Part shown: in pieces, positions 1 to 12,450 of the stretch | Numbering within the stretch: the first letter of the stretch is position 1 | Layout: each line of letters opens with the position of its first letter | Assembly: GCF_001194135.2 (NCBI RefSeq) | Contig: NC_068993.1 | Location: forward strand, 52,612,259 to 52,676,258 | DNA length: 64,000 bases | Origin: Octopus bimaculoides | Lineage: Eukaryota | Direction of reading: 5' to 3' | The notes under the pieces: model-generated | Databases searched by the model: none | Told to the model about the DNA's origin: nothing | The model's input: the letters and a program-made list of their open reading frames with translations, nothing else | Translations under genes and position numbers: made by a program

Positions 1-225
1 TATATATATATATATATATATATATATTAGGTCGTCTCACATGAAATCTCACATCTGAAAAAGGAAACATTAAAATTGTTTTTCTTTTAGTTTTAGAATT
101 TTTATTTATTTAATCAAAATATGATCCTTGTTCATTTATGACCTTCATCCAATGTTCCTCTAAGTCATATATTCCATCTTCAGTTTTAGTAAGAAGGCAG
201 ACAAACTACATTCAGATAGATGGCC

Positions 226-775
226 CTACTTGATCTGTAGAAAAGGCGCAGATAGAAATGCCATAAGGTGTACCCAGTGCAAGCTACGGCCATATAAGAG
301 GTGCAGCAATATCAGAAGGAGGTTAACAGGGAAACTAACATTTGTACGTAGAAGATGCACAGGTATGATAAACACCAAAAATGTACAGAATATATATTCC
401 GTCAACTGCAAGGGAGGTAAGCTAGAGGTAGTAAATAGCTTCCATTGTCTAGAGGCAGATGCTCCAAGAGCAGAGATGGATGGTCCAAGAACATAGCTGT
501 AAGAATAAGAATAGCCTGGGCAAAGTTCAGAGAGCTCCTACCCCTGCAGATTGTATGATGCCTGTATGCAAACAGTTATGCTACACTGCAGTGAAACATG
601 GGTTGTGACAGCCGAGGACATGTGTAGGCTTGAAAGAAATGAAGCCAATATGCTTTGTTGGATGTGCAATGTCAGTGTGCATGTTTGACAGTGTGTAAGC
701 ATCTTGAGAGAAAAGTTGGGCATAAGAGGCATCAGATGTGGTGTGCAAGAGAGATTCAATTTTGTATAGCAAGTA
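226..775 (+). mobile_element. Degraded RTE-clade LINE fragment
   Basis: CRKGADRNAIRCTQCKL zinc-finger-like motif, then [14 protein letters not shown] and ETW...LERNEA remnants. Same family as the element at 29492-29775. Confidence 0.8.
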
Positions 776-2607
776 CACGTAGATACAAGCCTTACAATTA
801 CCCATGGTTGCAGATGTTGTTCACACATAAAATACAGAACGTAAACGTAAATGAAAAAGATGCATTTACGAAGAAAACAGAAAATAACAGAAAAGAAACT
901 AAAACCAAGCCCAAAGTCTCTATCTTATCTGATATGAACGAAATTTAACAAACACACATATGGACGCACATACTTACATATAAGCACGAACACATACGTG
1001 CGTGCACACATACGAGCATGCACACACTCACATGCTCATACCAGACAATTTCAAAACAACGCCAAATCATACATTCAAAATAAATGGAAGTGGAGAGACA
1101 AGTTACTGAAGAGATTGCAAGAGTGCAATGAAATGATTTAACAAAAAGAAAAAAAAAAAAACTAAATACTGTTTATAAATTAATAAAGGACTGAACCAGT
1201 GCGTGTGTTTATTACCGGCATAATGCCTCTCCCAAGGTTTAATTTTATTTTATTCAATTCTACATCATTTTCAAAATTAATTGAAACAGAGCCAATACGT
1301 TTCAAGCCAAGGGGTTAAAGTGTTTGAAATAAAAACCATCCATTAAAATTTCATGCTAATCTATGTTTCAACTAATAATATCAACGTTATTTGTCATTAT
1401 TAAATTTTTCATTATATTCAAAATTAATTGAAACAAAGATAATTGAATTAAGAAAATTGAAAAAGAATAGAACGCTAGGCTAAAGAAGAGACCTTTATAA
1501 TGTTAAAAGTTAAAAGATCACGAAGGACACTTCAAAAATAAATCTAGTTATAGACTAATAAATCCAGCTGAAATAGAAATATATCTCAACTGTCCATCTT
1601 CTCTGCCCTCTGAAGGTGTTGGTGGAGTCCTCAGGCATCTCCTCCACAGGGTACTCTCAGAAGCAACTACCATAAGACTTTGTGACTAGATTCCCAAGTG
1701 TGACTTGGTTTGTGGCACTCAGCAAAGCTGCCTTGCAGGAATTCCCAGTTGCCCTCTATGTCACAAGTTTGTAACTCCTCCTCCCTATATATATATATAT
1801 ATAATTTTTTATTTGAAACTGGTTTGATAAATATATATAAACACGTGTGTGTCTCTGTGTGTGTATGTGTGAGTGTGTGTGTGTGTTTACATTAGTCCTT
1901 TCCTGAAAAGTACTTAGCCATAGATGTTGATGATGTTGACATTTCTCTGTGAAGGGATTATCCACTGGCTTTGTGCCTTCATGGACATGTTGAAAAAGAT
2001 AGACCTTGCTTGAAAATCCAGGTAACAGTGGGTAAGTAACAGGAACAGCATCCAGTGGTTAAAGAATATCTCAATAATGTATTCATCTGACCCATGCTAA
2101 CACTGAGAAAAAGATGTAATAATGAGTAAATGAATGATGCACAATCCTATTTTTCTATAAAGAGTCAACCTGGGTAAAGAAATTTTAACCCATGGAACAA
2201 ACTAATTAATTCTGCATTCAAAGACAACCAAGTGAGGTTGAAATGCTAAATTTAGAACGAGGTCATCTTTCTCAAAGTCAGAAAAGTTTCCATTGTATTC
2301 CTCTTCAATTGATGAATACATAAAAACAACTTAACCTGTGAAATTCACATGAATCTTCTAGTTCAGCAATAAATTTTATAAGCTAGGCGATGTGGCTCTT
2401 TTTAAATATTTTAATTTATTTTTATCAACTATACATACCACATTATACAATGCTTTGGTGTTATCATATTTTCACATCAAAAAGCCTGCTTAGAATGCCT
2501 TCATTTTTCATTTTTTCATTTTTCTTTCTTACTTTCTTCGTTTATTTTTTTTTTGTCATTCATCTTTCAATCTTCCTATAACAACCTTTTATGGTTTTCT
2601 TAGTTCA

Positions 2608-2745
2608 TATTTATGGTCCTTGTGGGTTGCATAAAAACAATAGTCTTTTTAAGTGTGTATATGATCTTTATGGGTAACATAATAATGATAGTTCTTTTGA
2701 GCATATTTATGGTCCTTATAGGTAGCGTAATAACAATGCACATTA
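2608..2745. repeat. Three imperfect 48-bp tandem units
   Basis: atggtccttgtgggttgcataa at 2613, atgatctttatgggtaacataa at 2661, atggtccttataggtagcgtaa at 2709. Confidence 0.75.
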
Positions 2746-3181
2746 AATTTCTTTACTGCTGTTACTGGCGTATCACAAAAGAGGAAATTCGTGTTTATCT
2801 TTAGCCGAAACAATATAAAATCATTACTTTCAATCAATTATCATCAAAAGCTTTGCGTTCTTCTATCAGTGTTTTTTTTTTAGTAGGCTTTTTAGAAATA
2901 ATGGGGTGAAATTAACAGTAAAATGCATGAAACCCATGGAAACAACAAAATCTCTAATAATATACTAGGAACTGAATTATTAACTGACATTAAAAATCAG
3001 AAATATGACATGAGTAAATGGTGCAGCATTGCTAAATACTCTTTGTGCTATAAATCTGGTGCAGTTGTGCATGTGTGTGTGTATTTTATGCTGCACATCA
3101 AATTGTTATATTTGCAAAACAGTGCAAATGAAAACTTTGCTGTTATATGTATATATATATATATAGATAGATAGCTAGATA

Positions 3182-3228
<47 letters not shown>

Positions 3229-3255
<27 letters not shown>

Positions 3256-3899
3256 GAGTTATTAATATTTCTAAGTCTCTCTAAAGGAGACTACGGCAGC
3301 GGTACTGGAAATTAATAGTTATCGCCAAGCCAACATGGCAGTCCCAAAATTAGGACGAAAGCTGCCGTGAATTATCTCCAAGAAGCCATCGCCTCTAGCT
3401 AGCTATGTGACACACGAAACCTGTGTCCTTTATAACCTTCGAACAGGGGAGGTCAGCAGTGTCCCCCTGCTGGTTTGGCATCTGCAGACTAGACTAGTTT
3501 CAGGGTGTTGCCCCTTGTCNNNNNNNNNNGAGAGAGACAGAGAGAGAGTTATTAATATTTCTAAGTCTCTCTAAAGGAGACTACGGCAGCGGTACTGGAA
3601 ATTAATAGTTATCGCCAAGCCAACATGGCTTGATTCCACTGAAATTAGATAAATAACCTTCGAGCAGATAGTCAGCAGCGCCGCCTGGCTGGGGCTTGGC
3701 TGCTCTGCATTGACAAGGGGCAACACCCTGAAACTAGTCTAGTCTGCAGATGCCAAACCAGCAGGGGGACACTGCTGACCTCCCCTGTTCGAAGGTTATA
3801 AAGGACACAGGTTTCGTGTGTCACATAGCTAGCTAGAGGCGATGGCTTCTTGGAGCTAATTCACGGCAGCTTTCGTCCTAATTCTGGGACTGCCATGTT
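3229..3899. other. Duplicated flank across a 10-N gap, with a 262-bp segment (3630-3891) seen in both orientations
   Basis: The flank ending at 3339 recurs at 3530-3629. 3340-3519 is the reverse complement of 3712-3891 with 2 substitutions. Confidence 0.8.
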
Positions 3900-3951
3900 A
3901 ATGGTTCTGCCAGCTTGCTGTCGTCAATAATAATAATAATAATGATAGAGG

Positions 3952-4041
3952 ATGATCCCTGGCTTACCATCCAAGCAGGAAGTACAAAAGATTGTCTTAG
4001 CTGGTATGTCACATCTATTGAAAAAAGCATCGTCGCTGTGA
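3952..4041 (+). mobile_element. C-terminal remnant of an R4/Dong-like (REL) non-LTR retrotransposon
   Basis: IPGLPSKQEVQKIVLAGMSHLLKKASSL* resembles the QKIVLxGTAHILRK end motif. Confidence 0.6.
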
Positions 4042-4294
4042 ATTCTCTTTCCTTTCTCCCTTTTATCTTCTTTGGGTTTTTTTTCATTTTTTCTTCTTTC
4101 CTTTTTCTCTCTGTCTTTCTTCTCTTTTTTTTCTTCTATCACATGACTTTGTAAATGAACAATCTGGTGTGTTTATTTTAATGACCTACTAATGTATACA
4201 GTGAGTTTCTTTACTCTAGGTGTCAAGAAGACACTCGAGAAGAAATGGAAACAAAATTGGAAGAGGATAATGAAAATAATAATCCTTTCTACTA

Positions 4295-4480
4295 AAAGCA
4301 CAAGGCCTGAATGTTGGGGGAGTGGGGATAGTCTGATACTTAATTTATCAACCTTAATTTATCAACCCCAAAAGGATGAAAGGCAAAGTTGACCTCAGCA
4401 GAATTTGAACTCAGAATGTAGCAACAAGCAAAATACTGCCAAGCATTTCATCCAGCATACTAATGATTCAGCCAGCTCAC
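4295..4480 (-). mobile_element. SINE family B (GAGCTGGCAGAA head; GAGTTCAAATTC and TTTGCCTTTCATCC body)
   Basis: Homologous to copies at 9972-10160(+), 24520-24725(-), 25280-25480(+), 26000-26180(-), 28127-28340(+), 33520-33690(-), 36020-36230(+), 63240-63436(-). Confidence 0.7.
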
Positions 4481-5348
4481 ACATATGACAGGCTTCTTTC
4501 AGTTTATATCTAGCAAACTCACTCATAAGGTATTGGTTAGCTTGAAGCTACTGTAGAAGACATTTGCACTTGGTTCTATACAGTAGGCCTGAACACAAAA
4601 CTGTACAGTTAGGAAGCAAACATCTCAACTTCACAGCTATGCCTGCAATCAGAATAATTAATTAATAACACTATCACACCAAAAGTTAATCCTAACCGTA
4701 AAGCCACTGGTGAGAATAATGAAGATGGTAACTGTGTGTAATTGATGTTGTCTAAGTCAAACAACAGAATTGGCGGTTGAATCACATTGAAGCTGTATTT
4801 CATTGAATCCATCCAAGAAACATCTTTTGTAACAGTTTAATCAACTCTAATGCTGAACAACAGAGGCAAGTCGCTAAACATTTCTCATAATTATAGAATA
4901 ACAATCTAATGTTAATGTAATCAGCGAGTTTCTTTTAATTAACCTCTTATTAACATCTGAGAATTAATTGATAGTGTCACTACATTAGCAGCTTATGTTG
5001 TCCAGCACTAGTTATCTCTCCTTCAACCATGTCTATCTGTCTCTCATTCTTTACTTCTTCTTTCAGCAATTGGATAGCGGTCATACTGGAGCACTGCCTC
5101 AAAGTGTTCAGTCAACCAAATCAATCCCAACACTTATTTATAACTCTGGTACTTATTCTATTCTGTGAAAACATATCTGACCGAGGGGAAAAGTTACTTT
5201 GCTTGGAAACAGGAAAGAGTTGGCAACAAAAGGGATATGGGGCCAAAGACAAGTATTCCTCAATAAAAAGGCTCCAACCTATACAAGCATAGAAAAGTGG
5301 ACTTCAAAAAGATGATGATTATATATATATATATATATATATATATAG

Positions 5349-5493
5349 ATGGCGTTAGGAAGGGCATCCAGCTGTAGAAACTCTGCCAAATTAGATTGGA
5401 GCCTGGTGTTGCCATCCGGTTTCACCAGTCCTCAGTCAAATCGTCCAACCCATGCTAGCATGGAAGGCGGACGTTAAACGATGATGATGATGA
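5349..5493 (+). mobile_element. RTE-related 3' tail with (GAT)n end
   Basis: gcgttaggaagggcatccagctgtagaaactctgcc...ggacgttaaacgatgatgatg, near-identical to copies at 7830, 16716, 27190 and 28768. Confidence 0.85.
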
Positions 5494-5516
5494 TATATAT
5501 GGAGAGAGAGAGAGAG

Positions 5517-5736
5517 AAAGGGGGGTGCTGGAAAGTTTCTGGCTTTAAGGGTATCATGAAAGGCCTGGTTGGGGACCCAATGTTTCGAGTTCTTTTACAG
5601 GGCTTAGAAAAACTGAAGGACTGCTGCAATAAGTGTGCGAGTCTGAGAGGGGACTATGTTGAATAAAATCATAACTAACTAATCTGCCTGTATTTTCTTT
5701 TACCTAAAGCCAGGAACTTTTCAGCAACCTCTTGTA
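5517..5736. mobile_element. Mariner-derived MITE
   Basis: Inverted termini gtgctggaaagtttctggcttt / aaagccaggaacttttcagcaac. Retains the mariner transposase C-terminus KCASLRGDYVE*. Confidence 0.8.
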
Positions 5737-5782
5737 TATAGATATATATATACACACACACACAACTATTTATATATATATA

Positions 5783-6252
5783 AATTTTCCACAGACATAA
5801 CAAAAGTTGCCTGGATGATTCACACAGTGTCTCCTATTCATGATCTAACACAATGAATACAGTTAAAACAATAATCATGTAGAGCGAGAGATACACATAC
5901 CACACGTGACAGCAGCGCAAACGACACTGAGAGTTACCAAGAACAAACTGACGTATTTGGCACTTGCACACAATACGTCAACTCCATCTATTGCTAAACT
6001 GAATAATTAACTTTCTCATCATTCGTTTTATTGCTGTTATTTCTTTAATTTTGAATTAAGACCGCTTTTATTGTAGCAAATTTTATAATACGGCCTACAT
6101 CTAGCCAAAAGTATAGTTATAATCTTGCGCATGTGTATAACTCAAAATCCTGACTGCTAGAACAATTCTCTGCGCAGATTCAGAATCAGCATCCTCGATT
6201 TAATCTAAAACACATGCTTCTACCTCAGTCGTAAAATCTTTGTTGTCCTGTG
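5783..6252 (-). mobile_element. Left-end fragment (~470 bp) of the Chapaev3-like element at 44614
   Basis: Reverse complement of ~44614-45085. Terminus CACAGGACAACAAAG flanked by TTA/TAA. Confidence 0.8.
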
Positions 6253-7055
6253 TAATAAATGTCACTCATATTTCCTTTCATCTTCTACTTCTTTCAGTCA
6301 TTTACTGTGAGAGTGCAAGGGCACTACCTTGACGAATTTTAGTCAAGCAAATTGACCCCATACTAATTTTTTGAAGCATAGTACTTATCTCATTGGTCTC
6401 TTTTGCCAAACTGCTAAGTTATGTGGATGTAAACACAGCAACACTGGTTGTCAAGTAGTCATAGGGAACAAACACAGACGCACAGATATACAATAGGTTT
6501 CTTTCAGCTTCTGTCATCCAGTTCCTCTTATAAGGCTTTGGTCAGCCTAAGGCTATAGTAGAAGACACTTGCCCAAGATGCCATGCAGTGGGACTGAAAC
6601 CAGAACCATGTGGTTGGGAATCAACCACATGATTCTGGGATGGAGTTTTTTTATTGAGGCAGATTTGTCTGGCCAGACACCCTTCCTGTTGCCAACCCTT
6701 ATGTTTCTGAGTAATAGATTAACTATTTAATCAATATACTAATCTGCATTTATCCTGATTAATCAACTGTGTTAGAAAAAGAGACGTAGATGGACAATGA
6801 TCATTCAAAATTGAGCAATTTTAAAATAATTAAAAGTAGAGACAAACATCATTATAAAATCTTTAATAAATTTGAATCCAAGATTATTTTTTATTTAAAA
6901 TTCATTTTCATTTATGTGAATTATTTTAAAAGTTTCACAGTAATAATTTCAATGATATAAGATAATAATTACTCTCATTTTGTTAAATAAAAACATGTCT
7001 TGTTCCTCCAAGAAAATTAAATTTATAGAACATTGTTGGCTAATACTTTAAATCA

Positions 7056-7061
7056 TTTATT
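7056..7061 (-). terminator. Candidate MTIF3 poly(A) signal AATAAA (second candidate at 6890-6895)
   Basis: TTTATT on + strand about 150 and 320 nt downstream of the stop. The AT-rich background makes this weak. Confidence 0.35.
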
Positions 7062-7212
7062 TCCATTTCTAATGTTAATGGAACCCTTCAATTCATTATG
7101 TTCATTTGCTTGGTTTGTTTTTGGTAATCATTTTTGTAATCATCAGCTTCAATTGGATGAGAACACAGCCATTGAAAGAGACAGCATCCACGGAAACAGA
7201 TGACAGGACAAA

Positions 7213-7344
7213 TTATGCTGTTTTTTTACGGAGAAGTACTATTATTTCTGTGGCTGTGCTACTGGCTTCCTTAATGTTGGCTATGGAACTGGTTTCTTCT
7301 GTTATCCGTTTCATAAACTTTAATTGAATTCTTCGGCTTTCAGT
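7213..7344 (-). CDS. MTIF3: MTIF3 exon 3 (TESRRIQLKFMKRITEETSSIANIKEASSTATEIIVLLRKKTA*)
   Basis: Phase-0 acceptor ttttcaatgcag|, 43 open codons to TAA, completing IF3-C. Confidence 0.8.
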   Translation of the reverse strand, partial: TESRRIQLKFMKRITEETSSIANIKEASSTATEIIVLLRKKTA

Positions 7345-7759
7345 CTGCATTGAAAATTAAAAAATAAAATAGGCATATCAGGAGTAATGTTGGCAAAATT
7401 CAGGAAGTATGGAATTTTCGAAGGATACAGTGTCATAGTGTCCTGACAACTAACAACTGTCATGGGTAATTTATTCCATGCATCAACAATTTTGAGGGTG
7501 AAATCAAAGTTTTAGAAAGTCATAGGTGCTGCATTGTTCTGTTAAACCAATCAATCAATGTCTCTGATTTATAGAGATGGAAATTGTTGAGCAGATTTGG
7601 ATACAAGTAACAATATTGTTGACTCATATATATATGTGTGTGTGTGTGTGTTTTAGTAAAATTTTTAAAATTAATCTAAACAAGAGAGAGTTAATATTCC
7701 ATTCAGTGAATTTTGGTCAACTTTGCTGCTTGATAAAAATAGCAATATCTCTAATCAGA

Positions 7760-7822
<63 letters not shown>

Positions 7823-10800
7823 TATATACTGTAAAAGCACCCACTACACTCTCGGATTGGTTGGCGTTAGGAAGGGCATCCAGCTGTAGAAACTCTGCCA
7901 AATCAGATTGGAGCCTGGTGTAACCACCTGGTTCACCAGTCCTCAGTCAAATCGTCCAACCCATGCTAGCATGGAAAGCGGACGTTAAACGATGATGATG
8001 ATGATGATTTTAGGACAGTTAACCCTTCGTGGGCCGGCAGAGTTGGAATTACACAAAAGGCCATTGGGATCCCGAGGGACCCACACTATCCATAAAGTAA
8101 CATTTGTTTAATCTTGTATATATGTGCGAGTGCATGATATAGAACAAGAAATTTAGCATCTTATAGGTTTATATTTGTAATTATTAGCATTTAATAGAGG
8201 GGAATTAAAATATAATTCATTGACTGAAAAAATCCTTTATCGAAAGAAATCAACAGTTTTTATAGTTTTATAAACTATACATATAGTACTAAATATAAAA
8301 TAAAACAAAATTATTTAGCATACTGATTCATACCAGTACAAATAGTTATAGTTCATCAGAATATTTGAAAAAAGAACAGAAAAAAAATAATTCCACAGAA
8401 GGCCGATGGGGTCCAGTTGGGCCGCATGGAAACTTTTAACTCAGTGGCTGTGTGGTAAGTAGCTTGCTTACCAACCACATGGTTCCGGGTTCAGTCCCAC
8501 TGCATGGCACCTTGGGCAAGTGTCTTCTACTATAGCCTCGGGCCGACCAAAGCCTTGTGAGTGGATTTGGTAGACGGAAACTGAAAGAAGCCCGTCGTAT
8601 ATATGTATATATATATATATGTGTGTGTGTGTTTATGTGTCCGTGTCTATATATATGTGGTGTGTTTACGTCCCCGTAACTTAGCGGTTCGGCAAAAGAG
8701 ACCGATAGAATAAGTACTAGGCTTCCAAAGAATAAGTCCTGGGGTCGATTTGCTCGACTAAAGGCGGTGCTCCAGCATGGCCGCAGTCAAATGACTGAAA
8801 CAAGTAAAGAGTATGTGCATACATAAACTATTGACAATAAAAGTCATGATATATAAAAATCATTTACATAAAGAATAGTAAAAATTGCATAACTTATAAA
8901 ATTTGCTGAAGTCCCATGGGACTCCACCGGCTCACGAAAGGTTAATGTTCGCATTGCGATTACTGTCTGTGTGTGAATGTGTAGTGATATTAGTACAGTG
9001 AAGCTTTGGTTTATGAATGCCTCTAATCACAGACAAGTCGGTACACGAAAACGTTTCTGGTGACGAACAGTGTCTCGAATAACGAACACGCAAGCTGGCA
9101 ATGATGGTTGATAAGCCGAGAGTATCAGCGAGGGCGCGTCAGTTGTTGTCTAGCTTTTGCTTAGTGAACGAATTCTCTTGAATTTCCTATGAGAAAAATG
9201 GTTTCGGTTTACGAATATTTCAAATGACATTTAATGAACGAATTAAATTCGTTCGTTAAATGTAATTTGAAATATTCGTAAACCGAGATTCCACTGAATA
9301 GTTAATGTTTTAATGTTAGTTATAAAATGGAAGGTTTAATTATTCGCAATGATTTCGCTATCATAAATAAATAATGACCATAGCGTTAAATCAGATGATT
9401 GAAAAAATACTAAGCGTTAACTAAAATTCTCTTTCTTTTTATTCAGCAAATAACCCTCCGGAGAATTAATCTGAACCGTATGGACTCTCCGTATAACCTT
9501 TAATTACAAATAATTGTATCCATTCTATTGTGTATAGAGTATTCAATTAAACAACGGTCTTTCTCATCGAATACTGGACATATTTTATTAATAACAATAG
9601 GCATTGACTAAGTAAGGGATACGACTCTGACGTTTCTAGAGTTATTTCCCTTTATATCTAAACTTTTTTTTTAAAAATCACTTTTACTTTGGTTATTTCT
9701 AATATTGAACATATTGGAAACAGTCAAACCTTTCAGTTACGTAACTTAAAAGTGAGTTTAGTACCAGAAATTCTTAATTAAATTATCAATTAGCATTTGT
9801 ATATATATTAGCAAATGTAGCGATATTAATGTGGCAAACAAGAGAAGTGAATTAGTAAGTGTAAGAGAGGAAAAGAGGCTGAGAGGGATGAAAGAGAAGG
9901 ATGGAAGGAATGTGTGCTTATATTTAATATCTTGAATATGTTGTGGAACCTCCACATAGCTAATTTAAAGCGATGAGCTGGCAAAATCTTTAGCAACATT
10001 TCAGCTGCTCTTTTGTTTTGAGATCAAATTCCACCAAGATCAACTTTGCCTTTCATCCTTTTGGGGTTGATAAAATAAGTACCAGCTGAGCACTGGCGTT
10101 GATGCAATCGACTTACCCCTAATATCTGGAATCGTTTGCCTTATGCCAAAATTTGAAATCCATATCTTAGATATATGTGGAGGCACATGGCCTAGTGCTT
10201 AGAGCAGTGGACTCGCGGTCGAAGGATCATGGATTTGAATCTCAGACTGGGCGATGTGTGTGTTTATGAGTGAAACACCTAAGCTCTACACACCTCCAGC
10301 AGAAGGTAATGGTGAACTTCTGCTGACTCTTTCATCACAACTTTTTCTCACTCTCTCCTCCTGCATCTAGCAGCACACCTGAGATGGACCAGCGTCTTGT
10401 CCAGGTGGGGAACCCATATGCCAATGAAACTGGGAAACCGGCCTTTATGAGCCAAGCATGGCTCAAGAAGGAACAAACATCTTAGATATATAGGTATAAT
10501 TAAACTAAAGACTAAAAAAATTATTAAAGGGAAAAGACAACCAGTTTCATTGTATTTTTTCTTAACATTTAGTAAAAATCTTTAGATTTATAAAATAACC
10601 CTTACCTCGTTATCACAATTTGACACTTTTATCTTCATTCTTATATTGATATTCTTCTCCAGTAACTCTTTCATTTTGTTTAACTTAACAAGAAAATCAT
10701 GTTCCGATATGGTACTTTTTATGTGAAGAGTTTTCTCTATAGCGGATTTTTCTTTTTTGAATTTTTTCAGAGTGAGCCGAGATTCAGTTAACTGTTTACC

Positions 10801-12450
10801 TGTCATCAATTGATAATGTGGTTCTAATTCGTCCTCATTTATTTGTACTAATTTGAGGTCCTTTAATTTTGCCAGCTTCTGAGCCTCATTTTTCTCAACA
10901 ACAGGTAACAGATGACCAGTCTCATCAAATAATTTAATCAACTTTGGTATTTCTTGTTCAGTGTTATCACCAACAGGTAGTTTACTAATAGCATTACTTT
11001 TCTTATATTTTGACTGCTTCCCAGTTGAAGCAAATCTCAGCTGAATGCTGACAGGAGCTGTGCAGGGTTTTAACTGTGATAGATGTAACAATGGACGATA
11101 CAGGGAAGAAAATCTGAAAAATAGAATATTAGCTTTCATAGACATATTACAACTATGATGATGTATAGAGGATATAGAGTAGTCTGCACTTTCCCTTTCA
11201 GCTTTCTGTACACTTCGTTTGAATTGGAGTTCAAGGAAGGGTATTACTTAAGTCTTGTCTTTCTGAAAGCAGATCATGAATTTCTGCTGATTTGTCTGAG
11301 AATCAGTCATTGGACTGACATGATTTAAATCCCACTGAAGAACTTGCAGCCTGATATACTTTTGTTTTGAAATCTTCCCATAGATTGTTTGGGTCAAGAT
11401 TGATACTTTCTATAGCATTGTGGAATCTTTGTATGTTGCTTGGTAATTTGAAGTTTGCAACATTTAACTTTTTGAGTACCTCAGAACCAGACTGCTGACT
11501 TTTAGGCATTATTGAAAAGTTTTATATTTCCATGCACTAGACAACGGTCAGTCCAGCTCCCTGCTCCTCTCATGGTCCGAACACTAGAAACATCTTTCAT
11601 ATCACGCTTTCTGATCAAAATATAATCTATGGGATGCCAGTCCTTAGATCTTGGGTGGTTTTATATTTATTTTTCTGTTTGAACAGAGTGTTGTTAACAA
11701 CCAGATTATTCTCAGTACATACATATATAAACATACCTATACACACACACGCATATATATGTGTGTATGTGCATGCAAAATATATTTGTATACATATGCG
11801 TACGTATTTACCACTTTTAGCATGTCAAATGATCACGCTTTCCTGAAGAGAACTAATAACATCGAAACCTGTCCATTGCTTTAAAGACGAGGACCGCTCT
11901 CTGTTTTAACTTTATTTCCGAAACACGTCAGCTAACTGATTTACAGGAAGTTATCTCGCTTATACATTGTTTTTAGATTTTAAAAATCACGGGGTAAGCT
12001 TTTATACATTAATGACATGGGTCATCTTCAGTTTCAAAAAAAATTTTTTTTTAAACATACAAAGAAGCGACAACAGATCCAAAGAGAACAAAGACAACAG
12101 AGGTCAACGGAGCCGCTGAGCTGAATGTCGTTAATGACAAGCGTAGATATACATCGTAAACACGTAATTGAACTGACTGGTAAAAACGAGAGCCGCTGTT
12201 ACTTATTTTACACAATAATAAATACAGACACTAACCAAAATAGCAGAAATTGCAAACATCAATAAATTTACTTAAGAAACAAAACTATAATGCTTTAAAA
12301 TTTAGTAATTTTTTTTAAAGAATAAAATATGTAGATGTACATGACTGAAATTAATGCTATCCTGACCGCATACAAATATCAGTGTCAATAGATCGTAAGA
12401 AAATATCATGCAACTTACATCCTTCGTTGACCAACGGCAATTGCAGCCAT
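7213..12450 (-). CDS. MTIF3: Mitochondrial translation initiation factor 3, 3 exons: complement(join(7213..7344,10606..11113,12419..12450)), 223 aa
   Basis: Exon 2 encodes IF3-N/IF3-C-like sequence (IKLFDETGHLL, LKLVQINE, KTLHIKSTISEHDFLVKLNKMKELLEK). All introns are GT-AG with matching phases. The N-terminus MAAIAVGQRRIFSSLYRPLLHLSQ resembles a mitochondrial presequence. Confidence 0.88.
7830..8007 (+). mobile_element. RTE-related 3' tail
   Basis: aaagcacccactacactc...cgttaaacgatgatgatg. Confidence 0.85.
8019..8945. mobile_element. piggyBac-like MITE with TTAA target sites, interrupted by a SINE
   Basis: ttaacccttcgtgggccggcagag at the left end; the right end reads ttaacctttcgtgagccggtggag on the minus strand. 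Confidence 0.72.
8444..8812 (+). mobile_element. SINE family A (tRNA-derived head, central TA/TG microsatellite)
   Basis: A box TGGCTGTGTGGTAAG, B box GGTTCAGTCCC, tail ggcggtgctccagcatggccgcagtcaaatgactgaaacaagtaaa. Confidence 0.85.
8994..9298. mobile_element. pogo/Tigger-like MITE with subterminal 83-bp palindrome (9204-9286)
   Basis: Termini tacagtgaagctttggtttatgaa / ttcgtaaaccgagattccactg. Palindrome arms are 41 bp with 2 mismatches. Confidence 0.62.
9972..10160 (+). mobile_element. SINE family B
   Basis: gagctggcaaaatctttagca...tttgcctttcatcctttt. Confidence 0.7.
10178..10478 (+). mobile_element. SINE family C (tRNA-like head)
   Basis: Diverged copy of 63455-63780: gtggaggcacatggcctagtg...gatggaccagcgtcttgtccag. 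Confidence 0.75.
10606..11113 (-). CDS. MTIF3: MTIF3 exon 2
   Basis: ORF 10588..11145 trimmed to acceptor ttctatttttcag| and donor GAG|gtaag. Confidence 0.9.
11190..11635 (-). mobile_element. RTE/BovB-like LINE fragment (end of endonuclease and linker) in MTIF3 intron 1
   Basis: IDYILIRKRDMKDVSSVRTMRGAGSWTDRCLV, then after a frameshift KKLNVANFK...LWEDFKTKVYQAA. Confidence 0.75.
12419..12450 (-). CDS. MTIF3: MTIF3 exon 1 (MAAIAVGQRR + AT, phase 2)
   Basis: ATG at 12450 followed by AT|gtaagt donor. The phase fits the ttttcag|A acceptor at 11113. Confidence 0.72.
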
